Source: Mustelus asterias
Taxonomy: Eukaryota
Assembly (NCBI RefSeq): GCF_964213995.1
Contig: NC_135827.1
Coordinates: 3,224,001 to 3,288,000 of the forward strand
Reading direction: 5' to 3'
Length of the DNA: 64,000 nucleotides
Part shown: one piece after another, positions 12,342 to 25,213 of the stretch
How positions within the stretch are numbered: position 1 is the stretch's first letter
Layout: each line of letters opens with the position of its first letter
The notes under the pieces: model-generated
The model's input: only the letters and a program-made list of their open reading frames with translations
Told to the model about the DNA's origin: nothing
Databases searched by the model: none
Made by a program: the position numbers and the translations under genes

Positions 12342-15300
12342 TAAGAACATAAGAACATAAGAAATAGGAGCAGGAGTAGGCCATCTAGCCCCTCGAGCCT
12401 GCCCCGCCATTCAATAAGATCATGGCTGATCTGACGTGGATCAGTACCACTTACCCGCCTGATCCCCATAACCCTTAATTCCCTTACCGATCAGGAATCC
12501 ATCCATCCGCGCTTTAAACTATTCAGCGAGGTAGCCTCCACCACCTCAGTGGGCAGAGAATTCCAGAGATTCACCACCCTCTGGGAGAAGAAGTTCCTCC
12601 TCAACTCTGTCTTAAACCGACCCCCCTTTATTTTGAGGCTGTGTCCTCTAGTTTTAACTTCCTTACTAAGTGGAAAGAATCTCTCCGCCTCCACCCTATC
12701 CAGCCCCCGCATTATCTTATAAGTCTCCATAAGATCCCCCCTCATCCTTCTAAACTCCAACGAGTACAAACCCAATCTCCTCAGCCTCTCCTCATAATCC
12801 AAACCCCTCATCTCCGGTATCAACCTGGTGAACCTTCTCTGCACTCCCTCCAATGCCAATATATCCTTCCTCATATAAGGGGACCAATACTGCACACAGT
12901 ATTCCAGCTGCGGCCTCACCAATGCCCTGTACAGGTGCATCAAGACATCCCTGCTTTTATATTCTATCCCCCTCGCAATATAGGCCAACATCCCATTTGC
13001 CTTCTTGATCACCTGTTGTACCTGCAGACTGGGCTTTTGCGTCTCATGCACAAGGACCCCCAGGTCCCTTTGCACGGTAGCATGTTTTAATTTGTTTCCA
13101 TTGAGATAGTAATCCCATTTGTTATTATTTCCTCCAAAGTGTATAACCTCGCATTTATCAACGTTATACTCCATTTGCCATATCCTCGCCCACTCACTCA
13201 GTCTGTCCAAATCTCTCTGCAGATCTTCTCCGTCCTCCACACGATTCACTTTTCCACTTATCTTTGTGTCGTCTGCAAACTTCGTTACCCTACACTCCTT
13301 CCCCTCCTCCAGATCATCTATATAAATGGTAAATAGTTGCGGCCCGAGTACCGATCCCTGCGGCACGCCACTAGTTACCTTCCTCCAACCGGAAAAACAC
13401 CCATTTATTCCGACTCTTTGCTTCCTGTCGGATAGCCAGTCCCCAATCCACTTTAACACACTACCCCCAACTCAGTGTGCCCTAATCTTCTTCAGCAGCC
13501 TTTTATGGGGCACCTTATCAAACGCCTTTTGGAAATCCAAAAACACCGCATCCACCGGTTCTCCTCCATCAACCGCCCTAGTCACATCTTCATAAAAATC
13601 CAACATGTTCATCAAGCACGACTTTCCCCTCATGAATCCATGCTGCGTCTGATTGATCGAACCATTTCTATCCAGATGCCCTGCTATCTCCTCTTTAATA
13701 ATGGATTCCAGCATTTTCCCTACTACAGACGTTAAGCTGACCGGCCTATAGTTACCCGCCTTTTGTCTCCTTCCTTTTTTAAACAGCGGCGTAACATTAG
13801 CCGTTTTCCAATCAACCGGCACTACCCCAGAATGCAACGAGTTTTGATAAATAATCACTAACGCATCCACTATTACCTCTGACATTTCTTTCAATACCCT
13901 GGGATGCATTCCATCTGGACCCGGGGACTTGTCCACTTTCAGTCCCATTAGTCTACCCAGCACTGCCTCTCTGGTAACATTAATTGTATTAAGTATTTCT
14001 CCTGCTGCCAACCCTCTATCGTTAATATTTGGCAAACTATTTGTGTCCTCCACCGTGAAGACCGACACAAAAAACTTATTTAAAGACTCAGCCATATCCT
14101 CATTTCCCACTATTAATTCCCCCCTCTTGTCCTCCAAGGGTCCAACATTCACTCTAGCCACTCTATTCCTTTTTATATATTTATAAAAACTTTTACTATC
14201 ATTTTTTATATTAGTTGCTAGCCTAGCTTCATAGTCTATCCTTCCTTTCTTTATCGCTTTCTTAGTCTCTCTTTGTTGTTTCTTAAATTTTTCCCAATCA
14301 CTTGTTTCTCCACTATTTTTGGCCACTCTGTACGCAGCTGTTTTTATTTTAATACTCTCCTTTATTTCCTTCGTTATCCACGGCTGGTTCTCCCTTTTCT
14401 TACAATCCTTGTTTTTTGCTGGAATATATTTTTGCTGAGAACTGAAAAGGATCTCCTTAAAAATCCTCCACTGTTCCTCAGCTATCCTACCTGCCAGCCT
14501 GCTCTCCCAGTCTACCTTAGCCAATTCATCCCTCATCCTATCATATTTCCCTCTGTTCAAACAGAGGACACTGGTTTGGGACCAAACTTTCTCCTCTTCC
14601 ATCTGAATCAGAAATTCGACCATATTGTGGTCACTAGACCCAAGAGGGTCCTTCACAATAAGTTCCTTAATTCTACCTACCTCGTTACACAATACCAGAT
14701 CCAAAATAGCTCGTTCCCTCGTCGGTTCCGTAACATGCTGTTCAAGGAAACTATCCCGACAGCATTCTAAGAACTCTTCCTCCATTCCACCCTTACCGAC
14801 TTGAGTCTGCCAGTCAATGTGCATGTTGAAGTCCCCCATGATTATTGCCGTTCCGTTTTTACACGCATCCCTTATCTGCTTGTTTATAGCCCTCCCTACC
14901 TCAACATTATTATTTAGGGGCCTATATACCACACCTACTAGTGTCTTTCTCCCTCTACTATTCCTCATCTCTACCCATAATGATTCCACGTTTTGTTCCT
15001 CAGAGCCTATGTCCTCCCTCAGTACTACCCTGATATTATCTCTTATTAATAGCGTGACCCCACCACCTTTTCCTTCCTGTCTATTCTTCCTAAACGCCTG
15101 ATACCCCTGGATATTCATCTCCCAGTCCTGGTCACCTTTCAGCCACGTTTCTGTAATGGCCACCAGATCGTACCCACTTGTGCTGATTTGCACCATCAAC
15201 TCATTTACCTTGTTCCGAATGCTTCGTGCATTCAGGCAAAGTGTCCTTATTCCAGCTTTTATCTGGACTCGCTTTGATGAGTCGCGAACACCCTCTCCCT

Positions 15301-15440
15301 CTCCTCCCTTATCTAAATTACCGCCTTCATTCACTTGCGCCCTCTCCTCTACCATTAATTTTGTAATTCCCCTTACCCCTGCATCCTCCCCCCCATCAAT
15401 TAGTTCCTTGATCCTAGTCAACTCTTCTAGCTCCCCTCCC
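12342..15440 (-). mobile_element. Young CR1/HER1 LINE with near-complete ORF2 (APE plus RT)
   Basis: 649-aa ORF (NARS, ETW, GDFN, SDH, KSPGPDG, DFQKAFDKV) and an in-frame 322-aa ORF (GVPQGSVLGP, FADD). They are separated by a TGA at 13472-13474 (GGA in the copy at ~22929-22931). There is also a 1-bp deletion near 12520 and a (TTCTTATG)n tail. Confidence 0.97.
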
Positions 15441-16134
15441 CCTACTGAGGCCCCTACTGATGGAAATGGAGATTTCTAACTTTTTCATTTCCCCATCATG
15501 CCCCATTGGCACCTGCCAACCCAAATATTGAGGCTGGCTGAGAAAAAGCCCCAAAGTGATCATTAAGTGGCTGCTTAAGGGTCTTAATAGGTGCAAGGGC
15601 GGGCTTCCCACCCGAGAACCTGCCTGCTCCACCATGAAATTGCATCAGGCAAGCGGGATTCCAGAGGGAATCCTGTCCATGAATTGTTCGCTCATCCCAC
15701 TGCTCCCCACCCCGCCCCATCTCAGACCTTGCTGGAGGAGGAGGGAATGTAAAACTCTGGCCCTGGTGTGAACTCTCCAAAGCCCTGTACAATTGTAGAA
15801 GACTTGTTTACTATCATACTCCATCACCTGTGTAATAAAGGCTGGTATAAAATTTGCTTTTCTAATTATTTGCTACAACTGCATATTAACCTTTTGTGAT
15901 TCATAGAAACTAGAAGCAGGAGGGGGCCAATCAGCCCTTCGAGCCTTCTCCACCATTCATCGCGATCATGGCTGATTCAGCTACAAGGTTACTCAGCTCC
16001 CTCTAGATAAAAGCCTTTCCCAATTTCTCATTGTTTGAAAAATATTCTGCTTTTATTATTTTTCCTTCCAAAGTGGACAATTTCACACTTCCCCACGAGT
16101 CATGTTGTTGCCCACATACCGAACCTGTCCATAC

Positions 16135-16505
16135 TGTATAAGATCTGAGGGGGCTGGATGAGGCAGATGCACAGAGGATGCTTGTTCTTGTGAAGAATCT
16201 GGAACTAGGGGTCTCAGTTTAAATCTCAAGGGGCTCTGGAGATGAGGAGGAATTTTTTGCCCTCCGAGGGCCATTACTCTTTGGAAATCGTTTCCGCCGA
16301 GAGCAATCGAGGCCGGGTCATTGAATGTCATCAGGACTGAATTGGACAGATTTTTGATTGACAAGGAATCGATTAAATCTGGCAGGGGGTGAAGTGGGGC
16401 AGGCAGGAAAATAGAGTGAAGGCCACAATTAGATCAGCCATGGTCTTATTGAATGGAGGAGCAGGTTCATTGGGCCGAATGCCCCACTCCTGCTCCTATT
16501 TCTTA
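16135..16505 (+). mobile_element. Old CR1 3' fragment
   Basis: Degenerate YKI.RGLD...TRG.SL...EMRRNF and a CR1 3' UTR ending CTCCTGCTCCTATTTCTTAT. Confidence 0.75.
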
Positions 16506-16704
16506 TAACTTTGTGATCTATATCCCTTTGCAGCTCCTTTACATCCTCATCAAAGCTCACTTTCCCAGTGAACCATGTATCAACAGCAAACATAGACTCA
16601 GTCTCCTCATTGACACTAATTATAAATTATTGATCCCCAAGCACTGATACTTGCACTACCTCACGAGTTAAAATCTGCCAAACTGAAAATGACTCATTTA
16701 TCCA

Positions 16705-17028
16705 AAGGTGGTATAGTGGTAATGTCGCTGGACTAGTAACCCTGGCGTCCAGGTTAATACTCTGGGGGCACAAGTTCAATTCCCATCATGGCAGCTAGTG
16801 GAACTTAAATTCAATTAATAAATCTGAAGTATAAAGCCCCTCTGAGTAATAGTGAATATGAAGCTGGTTCATCTGGTTCATTTATGTCCTTGATGGGCCT
16901 GGTCTGGCCTACATATGACTCCAGATCCACAGCCAGTGAGTGAGACACTCAGTCCGGGGGAAATTAGGAATGAGTAATAAACGCTGGCCTTGCCAGTGGC
17001 ACCCACATCCCGTGGAACAACAAAAACA
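16705..17028 (+). mobile_element. tRNA-derived SINE family 2 (degenerate)
   Basis: Homologous to 1867-2256. Confidence 0.7.
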
Positions 17029-17145
17029 TACTTGCTGCCTCCCATCAATTAACTAATCTCCAATCCACATTAATACATTAACCTCAATCCCATAATCCCT
17101 ACTTTTGTGCAATAACTTCTTGTGCAGCATCTTATCAAACATTTT

Positions 17146-17527
17146 TTGATTTGATTTATTATTGTCACATGTATTAGTATACAGTGAAAAGCATTGTTTC
17201 TTGCACGTTATACAGACAAAGCATACCGTTCATAAGGAAAGAAAGGGGAGAGTTCAGAATGTAGTGTTACAGTCATAGCTAGGGTGTAGAGAAAGATCAA
17301 CTTAATGCAAGGTAGGTCCATTCAAAAGTCTGACAGCAGCAGACGTGACCTCAGACTTTTGTATCTTTTTCCCGATGGAAGAAGGTGGAAGGGAGAATGT
17401 CCGGCTGCATGAGGTCCTTAATTATGCTGGCTGCTTTGCCGAGGCAGCGGGAAGTGTAGACAGAGTCAATGGGTGGAAGGCTGGTTTGCGCGATGGACTG
17501 GGGTTCATTCACGACCTTTGTAGTTTT
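17146..17527 (-). mobile_element. Rex1/Babar-like LINE 3' fragment
   Basis: Minus strand reads LQKVVNEPQSIAQTSLPPIDSVYTSRCLGKAASIIKD...PSGKRYKSL and ends TGTGACAATAATAAATCAAATC. Confidence 0.75.
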
Positions 17528-17827
17528 TGAAATTCCAAAAGCATTGCAATGACTGTTTGCTCTTTTTCCTATCCTACTGATTACAACTTCAGCAAATATT
17601 AATAAACTTGTTAAGCGTGAGCAGTGAAGAGAGCCCCGCTCCTCATCCCTATGGGACCATCAGTGATCAGTAACTGAAGAAGTTAGACAAAGGACTCTTC
17701 CCTCAGGATCTCCTGCAGTGGAGTCACAGGAATGTCATAGCTGTCTCCTGACAACCACAACCTTTCCATGGAAGGTACCTTTGGTCATGGGAGCCTGCAT
17801 CTTGCAGAGTGGTGTCCCTCGATCCAT

Positions 17828-18100
17828 TTTCTTTATTTTATTCATTCATGGGACATGGGCATCGCTGGCTGGCCAGCATTTATTGCCCATCTTGAGTTGC
17901 CCTTGAACTGAGTGGCTAGCTAGACCAGTTCAGAGGCAATGGAGAGCCAGATGAGGTTCTCCGATAATCGACAATGATTTCATGGTCATCAGTAGATTCT
18001 TAATTCCAGATATTTTTATTGAATTCAAATTCCACCATCTGTCATGGTGGGATTCGAACACGGGTCCCCAGAACTTTAGTTGCGTTTCTAGATTAATAGT
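17828..18100 (-). mobile_element. tRNA-derived SINE family 2
   Basis: Reverse complement of 1867-2256 with an internal deletion. Confidence 0.75.
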
Positions 18101-19714
18101 ATAACCAATTGTCTCTCTCTAATGGAGAGACATGCCAATGGCCCTTTGTAGATTATGGTTAATTACTCCTTTGCATTAACATGGACTTTGGCAACTGGAG
18201 CGTTTTAGTCTGACCCCCCACATTGATTGTAGTTTTGTTATGGTTCCTTAGTTTCACACTGACTTGATATTGAGGACAGCTACTTACGCCTCCCTTCTGG
18301 AATGTTTGGTTCAAGGCTATGATGGAGTCTGCAGCCAGTTGGGTCGAGCCACACCGAAACTGAGCATTAATAATCAGGGAATTGGTTCACTTGTGTTGTT
18401 ACTCCATCTCCATCAACACAGACGTTGCTAGGGACATCTTTCTGACATGCCTGTGGACCCGAAAGGAGAATACTCCCTCAGGGGGTAGTAACATTCTCAC
18501 TTAGGAATGAAAACGTAATCCTAATATCTTGGTGGTTTTGTAGATTGAGCTAAGATCTTTAGGGAAATGTACTGGAATGATCCAAATGTTATTCCCACAG
18601 GTACACATCAGAAAGCAGATCCTTTCACCATGTAGTCTTGAGCTGAACAAAAACCCAACTGAAAACACTGATGAGATCCAAAAACAATGCAGATTTCAAG
18701 CCCCTTCTGTACAATATTCACAAAGCACAGTTCCACAGCTGGTGTTTTGAACACTGCAGTGTTGGAGGATAGATTGTTGGACAACAGGACAGATGATCCA
18801 AGGATCAGAGTCTGACTAACGTACTGTCTCCCAGGATCTTCAGAACAGGAAACAAAATGGGGGGAATCTGGATAATACTTCAGAACAGGTGACAAACCGA
18901 CTGATACTCAAATGGCATCAGAAAGGGAAAAACCAGTAGAATTTCATTGCATCATGCAACATAGAATGAGGCCATTCAGCCCATTATGCCTTTGTCACCT
19001 CTTTGAAAGAGCTAGCCAATTAACCTCACATCCACCTAACCTCTCCTTAACCCTGGAGGCACTTTTATCATGCTTAATGTATAGGATTTGTTCTAAGTTT
19101 GAAGGATCGAAATGGATGTTGGGATGGGTGAATGGAGAGTTTCACGCTTTGCAGTGGGATGACCCCTGACCCATTCTCTCATCATTGTTTGCTCTGGCAG
19201 TGGAGGTTGGAGCCATTGGGCATCATCAGCTGGACTCCTGTCATAATGCGTGGATGTGTGGGTAGCTGGATCCTCACAGCTGCAAACACACTGACACCAG
19301 ATAAAGCTTCAGCTCACCTGAGAGTTGGAGGCCTGTTTTGGAGCATGCTGTGAAAAATTATTCTTTATCTGACAGAGACATTTGACATCTGCTGCACAAA
19401 AGTCAACAGATGTTTCCCAGCCTCCAAACTGACAGACCTTTGAGATGACCTTGTCCAATAACTTTCTTTCCCTTTCATCATTTGGACAAATGGCCTTGGA
19501 AGCTTCAAATCAGCGCAGTGTTTTCTTTGGCCCAGCACACAAGGAACATGACCCAGAAACAGGCCAAACTAATCCAACATGAGATGAATCACCAAAAACA
19601 GACCAAACTAATCCATCCTGTATGGCAAATAAGCATAGAGCTTTAATACTTTGTTTATCCTTGTGATACGTGTATGAATAATTTTCCATTCACCAGCAGT
19701 CTGCATTTTAGAGG

Positions 19715-19985
19715 GTTTTTAAATTCCTTCCCCTGATGGGAGCGTTGCTGGCTAGACCAGCATTTATTGCCCATCCTTAGTTGCCATCGGAAAGGTGGCG
19801 GTGAGCAAGCGGCTGCTGTAGGTACACCCACAGTGCTGTTAGGGAGGGAGTTCCAGGATTTTGACCCAGCGGCTGTGAAGGAACGGTGACATATTCCCAA
19901 GTTAGCATAATGAGTGGCTTGGAGGAGAACTTTCAGATGGTGGTGGTCCCATATGTCGGCTGTCCTTGTCCACCCAGGTGACAGA
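19715..19985 (-). mobile_element. 3' fragment of the SINE-family-2 partner LINE
   Basis: Reverse-complement homology to ~29150-29428. Confidence 0.7.
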
Positions 19986-20225
19986 GGGGCACGTTTGAAA
20001 GCTGCTATCGAAGGAGCCTCAGTGAGTTCCCAAACGAATGGGTACAGAAAGAGGCAATTCACTTCATCGTTCATTCTGAGAGAGCCAACAAATAGTCCAA
20101 TGCCCCTGCTGTTCCTCAGAACTCTCAAAATTTTCCTCTTCAAGTTTGAATCCAATTTTCTTTTAAACATTTTTATGGAATCTGCTTCCACTGCCCTTCC
20201 ACATAGAACATTTCAGATCAGCTTT

Positions 20226-20530
20226 GGGACAGCGCGGTGGCACTGCTGCCTCACAGCTCCAGGGACCTGGGTTCAATTCCCGGCTTGGGTCAGTGTCTGT
20301 GTGGAGTTTGCACGTTCTCCCCGTGTCTGCATGGGTTTCCTCCGGGTGCTCCGGCTTCCTCCAAAGATGTGCAGGTTAGGTTGATTGTCCATGCTAAATT
20401 GCCCCTTAATGTCCCGGGATTAGTGGGGTAAATATGTGGGGTGATGGGGATAGGGCCTGGGTGGGATTGTGGTTGGTGCAGACTCGATGGGTCGAATGGC
20501 CTCCTTCTGCACTGTAGGGATTCTATGATC
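20226..20530 (+). mobile_element. HE1-type V-SINE
   Basis: B box GGTTCAATTCC, V-domain and GGATTCTATGAT tail. Confidence 0.85.
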
Positions 20531-21124
20531 ACAGCAGCTTATTGAGCCAAAGAAAACTTCTCCTCATCTCCTCTCATCCTGGTACCGCTCGAGTAAATCT
20601 CCTTTGCACCCTCTCCAAGAGCTGGTTAAAAAAGGAAAAATAAGGAAATGAATTGTATTTACAGAAAAATCTCCAAAAGAAAATACCAGACTGCCCAATG
20701 AGAAACATCTGCCTTATGCTGTACATTAGCATTTGAGAATTCTAGAATGATAACAGTACAAAAGCAGGCCATTCAGCCCATCATATCCATGTCAGATCTT
20801 TGCAAGAGAAGCTCAGTGAGTTCCACTCCCCCATCTTCTCCCTGTAGTCCAACACTTTTAAAAATCTTTAGATAACTAATCATTTCCCTTTTGAAAGCCA
20901 CAGTTGAATCAACCTCCACCGCACTCTCAGGCAGTGCATTCCAATCCGAACCACTTTCTGCCTCAGTAAAACTTTACTTCCTGTTCTTTACCAATCACCT
21001 TAAACTGGTGTCTTCTACCCTTCTGCCAATCAGATTAGTTTCTCCCAATCCAATCTGTCGGAAAATCCTCATGGATTTCAACACCTCCACCAATCTCCTC
21101 TCAACCTTCCCTTCTCTCAAGATA

Positions 21125-21470
21125 ACGGTAGCACAGTGGTTAGCACTGCTGCTTCACAGCGCCAGGGACCTGGGTTCGATTCCCAGCTTGGGTCACTATC
21201 TGTGTGGAGTTTGCACATTCTCCTCGTGTCTGCGTGGGTTTCCTCCGGGTGCTCAGGCTTCCTCCCACAGTCCAAAGATGTGCAGGTTAGGTTGATTGCC
21301 CAGGTTAAAATTGCCCTTAGTGTCCTGAGATGCGTAGGTTAGAGGGATTAGTGGGTAAATATGTAGGGATATGGAGGTAGGGCCTGGGTGGGATTGTGGT
21401 CGGTGCAGACTCGATGGGCCGAATGGCCTCTTTCTGTGCTGCAGGGTTTCTATGATTCGAAGATTCTATG
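21125..21470 (+). mobile_element. HE1-type V-SINE
   Basis: Full head, V-domain and tail. Confidence 0.9.
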
Positions 21471-21559
21471 ATAACAGCCCCAGCTTCTCCAATCTATCCA
21501 CGTAATGATGTCTCTCTCATACTTGAAACCATTCATATAAATCCTTTCTGCTCCCTTTT

Positions 21560-23290
21560 CATAGAATCCTTACAGTACAGAATGAGACCATTCGGCCCAT
21601 CAATTCTGCACCGATTCTCCGACAGAGCATCTTACTCAGACCCTATCCTCGTAATCCTTCGTGTTTACCCTGCTAATCCTCCTAACCTACACATCGTGGG
21701 ACACTCAGGGGCAATTTAACATGGCCAATCCATCTAACCTGCCTATCTTTGGGGTGTGGGAGGAACCTGGAGCACCCAGAGGAAACCCTCGCAGACATAA
21801 GAACATAAGAACATAAGAAATAGGAGCAGGAGTAGGCCATCTAGCCCCTCGAGCCTGCCCCGCCATTCAATAAGATCATGGCTGATCTGACGTGGATCAG
21901 TACCACTTACCCGCCTGATCCCCATAACCCTTAATTCCCTTACCGATCAGGAATCCATCCATCCGCGCTTTAAACATATTCAGCGAGGTAGCCTCCACCA
22001 CCTCAGTGGGCAGAGAATTCCAGAGATTCACCACCCTCTGGGAGAAGAAGTTCCTCCTCAACTCTGTCTTAAACCGACCCCCCTTTATTTTGAGGCTGTG
22101 TCCTCTAGTTTTAACTTCCTTACTAAGTGGAAAGAATCTCTCCGCCTCCACCCTATCCAGCTCCCGCATTATCTTATAAGTCTCCATAAGATCCCCCCTC
22201 ATCCTTCTAAACTCCAACGAGTACAAACCCAATCTCCTCAGCCTCTCCTCATAATCCAAACCCCTCATCTCCGGTATCAACCTGGTGAACCTTCTCTGCA
22301 CTCCCTCCAATGCCAATATATCCTTCCTCATATAAGGGGACCAATACTGCACACAGTATTCCAGCTGCGGCCTCACCAATGCCCTGTACAGGTGCATCAA
22401 GACATCCCTGCTTTTATATTCTATCCCCCTCGCAATATAGGCCAACATCCCATTTGCCTTCTTGATCACCTGTTGTACCTGCAGACTGGGCTTTTGCGTC
22501 TCATGCACAAGGACCCCCAGGTCCCTTTGCACGGTAGCATGTTTTAATTTGTTTCCATTGAGATAGTAATCCCATTTGTTATTATTTCCTCCAAAGTGTA
22601 TAACCTCGCATTTATCAACGTTATACTCCATTTGCCATATCCTCGCCCACTCACTCAGCCTGTCCAAATCTCTCTGCAGATCTTCTCCGTCCTCCACACG
22701 ATTCACTTTTCCACTAATCTTTGTGTCGTCTGCAAACTTCGTTACCCTACACTCCGTCCCCTCCTCCAGATCATCTATATAAATGGTAAATAGTTGCGGC
22801 CCGAGTACCGATCCCTGCGGCACGCCACTAGTTACCTTCCTCCAACCGGAAAAACACCCATTTATTCCGACTCTTTGCTTCCTGTCGGATAGCCAGTCCC
22901 CAATCCACTTTAACACACTACCCCCAACTCCGTGTGCCCTAATCTTCTTCAGCAGCCTTTTATGGGGCACCTTATCAAACGCCTTTTGGAAATCCAAAAA
23001 CACCGCATCCACCGGTTCTCCTCCATCAACCGCCCTAGTCACATCTTCATAAAAATCCAACATGTTCGTCAAGCACGACTTTCCCCTCATGAATCCATGC
23101 TGCGTCTGATTGATCGAACCATTTCTATCCAGATGCCCTGCTATCTCCTCTTTAATAATGGATTCCAGCATTTTCCCTACTATGGGGAGAACATACAAAC
23201 TGCACACAGACAGTAATCCAAGGCTGGAATCGAACCTGGGTCCCTGGCACTGTGAGGCAGCAGTGCTAACCACTGTGCCACTGTGCCGCC
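21560..23290 (-). mobile_element. HE1-type V-SINE split by a young CR1 insertion
   Basis: The tail half (21560-21796) ends ...GCAGAC and the head half (23183-23290) starts TGGGGAGAAC. Together they restore the SINE consensus GCAGACATGGGGAGAA. Confidence 0.88.
21797..23182 (-). mobile_element. Young 5'-truncated CR1 copy with uninterrupted RT-to-C-terminus frame
   Basis: Nearly identical to 12342-13725 (about seven differences by eye). Open frame to the natural stop ...GDQAGKWY*. Confidence 0.97.
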
Positions 23291-24640
23291 TCCAATGTCT
23301 TCACATCCTTCCTGAAGTGTGGTGCCCAGAATTGGACACAGCACTGAAGCAAAGTTCAATAAATGTTCACCACAGATTCCTTGTTTTTTAGATTCTATTC
23401 TTCCACTAATGAAGCCCAGGATACCTTTCACCTTATCAACCTCTCCCTCAACCTGCTTGGCCACTTTCACTGATTTGTGCGTGTATGTCCCCAGGTAGCT
23501 CTGCTCCTGCACTTGTTTAGAATTGTAACTTTTTTTTGATATCACCTCTCCTCATATTCTTCCTACCAAAATGTATTGTTCACATGACTGTGTTAAATTT
23601 CTCCTGCCCATTCCAACACCTCATATTCTCTTGAAGTTTATCACCATCCTCATGACAGTTCACAACAATTCCAATTCTTTGGTTATCTGTAAATTTAGAA
23701 ATTCTTCGCTGCACATCCATGTCTGGGTCATTAATATCGACCAAGAAAAGCAGTGGGCCTAATATGGGGACCTCCAGCATGAGAAACAGTGATCCATCAC
23801 TACTATCTGTCCCCTGTCACTCAGCCAACTTCATATCCACGCTTACACTGGACTTTATTCCATGGATTTCAATGTTGCTGACAAGGCAGTTTGTGGCACT
23901 TTATCAAATGCCCTTTGGAAGTCCAGGTACACTACTTTGACCATATTACCCTCATTGACCCTCTCTGATACTTCACTGAACAACTCAATCAAGTTAGTTA
24001 AACACAATTTCCCTTTAACTAATCTGTGCTGGCTTTCCTTAAATAATCTACAATTGTGCAAGTGCCTTTATTTAGGTTTATCATTTCGAAGCACTTTCCC
24101 ATCACTGTGGTTACGCTGGTTAGCCTGTGATTGTTGCATTTACACTCTTTGATCGAGGGGGTGTGATTTCTGCGTCTCCAATGCTCTGGATTGGAAGATT
24201 ATAGAAGGTGCCTTTGTAGTTTCCACCCTTACTCCCCTCAATATCCTTGAAAGCCCTTCATCCAGTCCAGATAACTTATCAACTTTAATCCAGCCAACCT
24301 TTCCAATACTTCCTCTTTAGTCCATCCAGTGTCTCAACAATCTTCACTTCCAATATGATTTTGACAACAGCTACTTCCTTAATAAAAACAAATGCAAAGT
24401 ATTAATTTAATACCTCAGCCAGTCCTCTGCCTCAATGTGGAAATGTCGTTCTTAGTCCCTAATTGGCTTCACTCCCCTTTTTGCCACCATTTTACGATTT
24501 ATATGCCAATGGAAGACTTTTAGATTTTATTTTAGGTTATCTGCCAGTCTCTTCTCAGGCTCCCCTTTTGTCTGCTTTCATTTCCTTATTCAATTCCCAT
24601 CTGAACCTTCTTTATTCAGCCTGTATTATGAACCTGACAT
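23291..24640 (-). mobile_element. Old degenerate CR1 LINE
   Basis: ORF remnants LGPLLFLVDIND...ISKFTD, CLTNLIELF...VYLDFQRAFDKVP and KVKGILGFISGRIE. Confidence 0.8.
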
Positions 24641-24944
24641 CTTCACTGAGCTGTTATTGGAATATGCCACACAATTTAAACTCCCATGGATAGAATGGCG
24701 ACGGGCTGGTCAGGAATAAAGACAAGGACCATAGGGATGTAGGAAGGGGAAGGGCATCTGCCGGCTGGACTAAACAGAACGCCACAATTAGGCTGCTGAA
24801 GGGGACCCGGGAAGCAGAATTGAACAGGAACATGATTTTGGTCATGCGCTGCTCCTCAGTTTTTCCAAGTAGTGGTTTATTTGCAGCTTTGTTGGGAAAT
24901 CAAGGAGGTGCGAGATCAAAGCAACCTGAGGCAACTCAACCTGA

Positions 24945-25213
24945 AGGGGAGGCAGTGGCGCAGTGGTATTGTCACTAAACTGGCAATGGCGAGACTCAGA
25001 GCACAATCTGGGGACCCAGGCTCAAATTTCATCATGACAGATGGTGAAATTTGAATTAAAAGCCTAACGATGACCATGAAGCCATTGTCGGTTGTAATAA
25101 AAACCCATCTGGTTCACTAATGTCACTTAGGGAAGGAAATCTGCCATCCTTACCCGGTCTGGCCTCCAGAGCCGCTGCAATGTGGTTGACTCTCAGCTGC
25201 CCTCTGAAATGGA
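24945..25213 (+). mobile_element. tRNA-derived SINE family 2
   Basis: Head GGGGAGGCAGTGGCGCAGTGG and core TGGTTCACTAATGTCACTTAGGGAAGGAAATCTGCC. Confidence 0.75.

Noticed and set aside
13472-13474. Programmed readthrough or selenocysteine at the in-frame TGA of the CR1
   Set aside because: The sister copy has GGA at this codon, so it is a point mutation or sequencing error.
12641-15479. Plus-strand ORFs opposite the CR1
   Set aside because: Antisense shadows of ORF2, repeated identically in copy 2.
18600-18895. Possible plus-strand exon (CCCACAG|GTAC ... CAG|GTGAC)
   Set aside because: All three plus frames contain stops and I recognised no homology.
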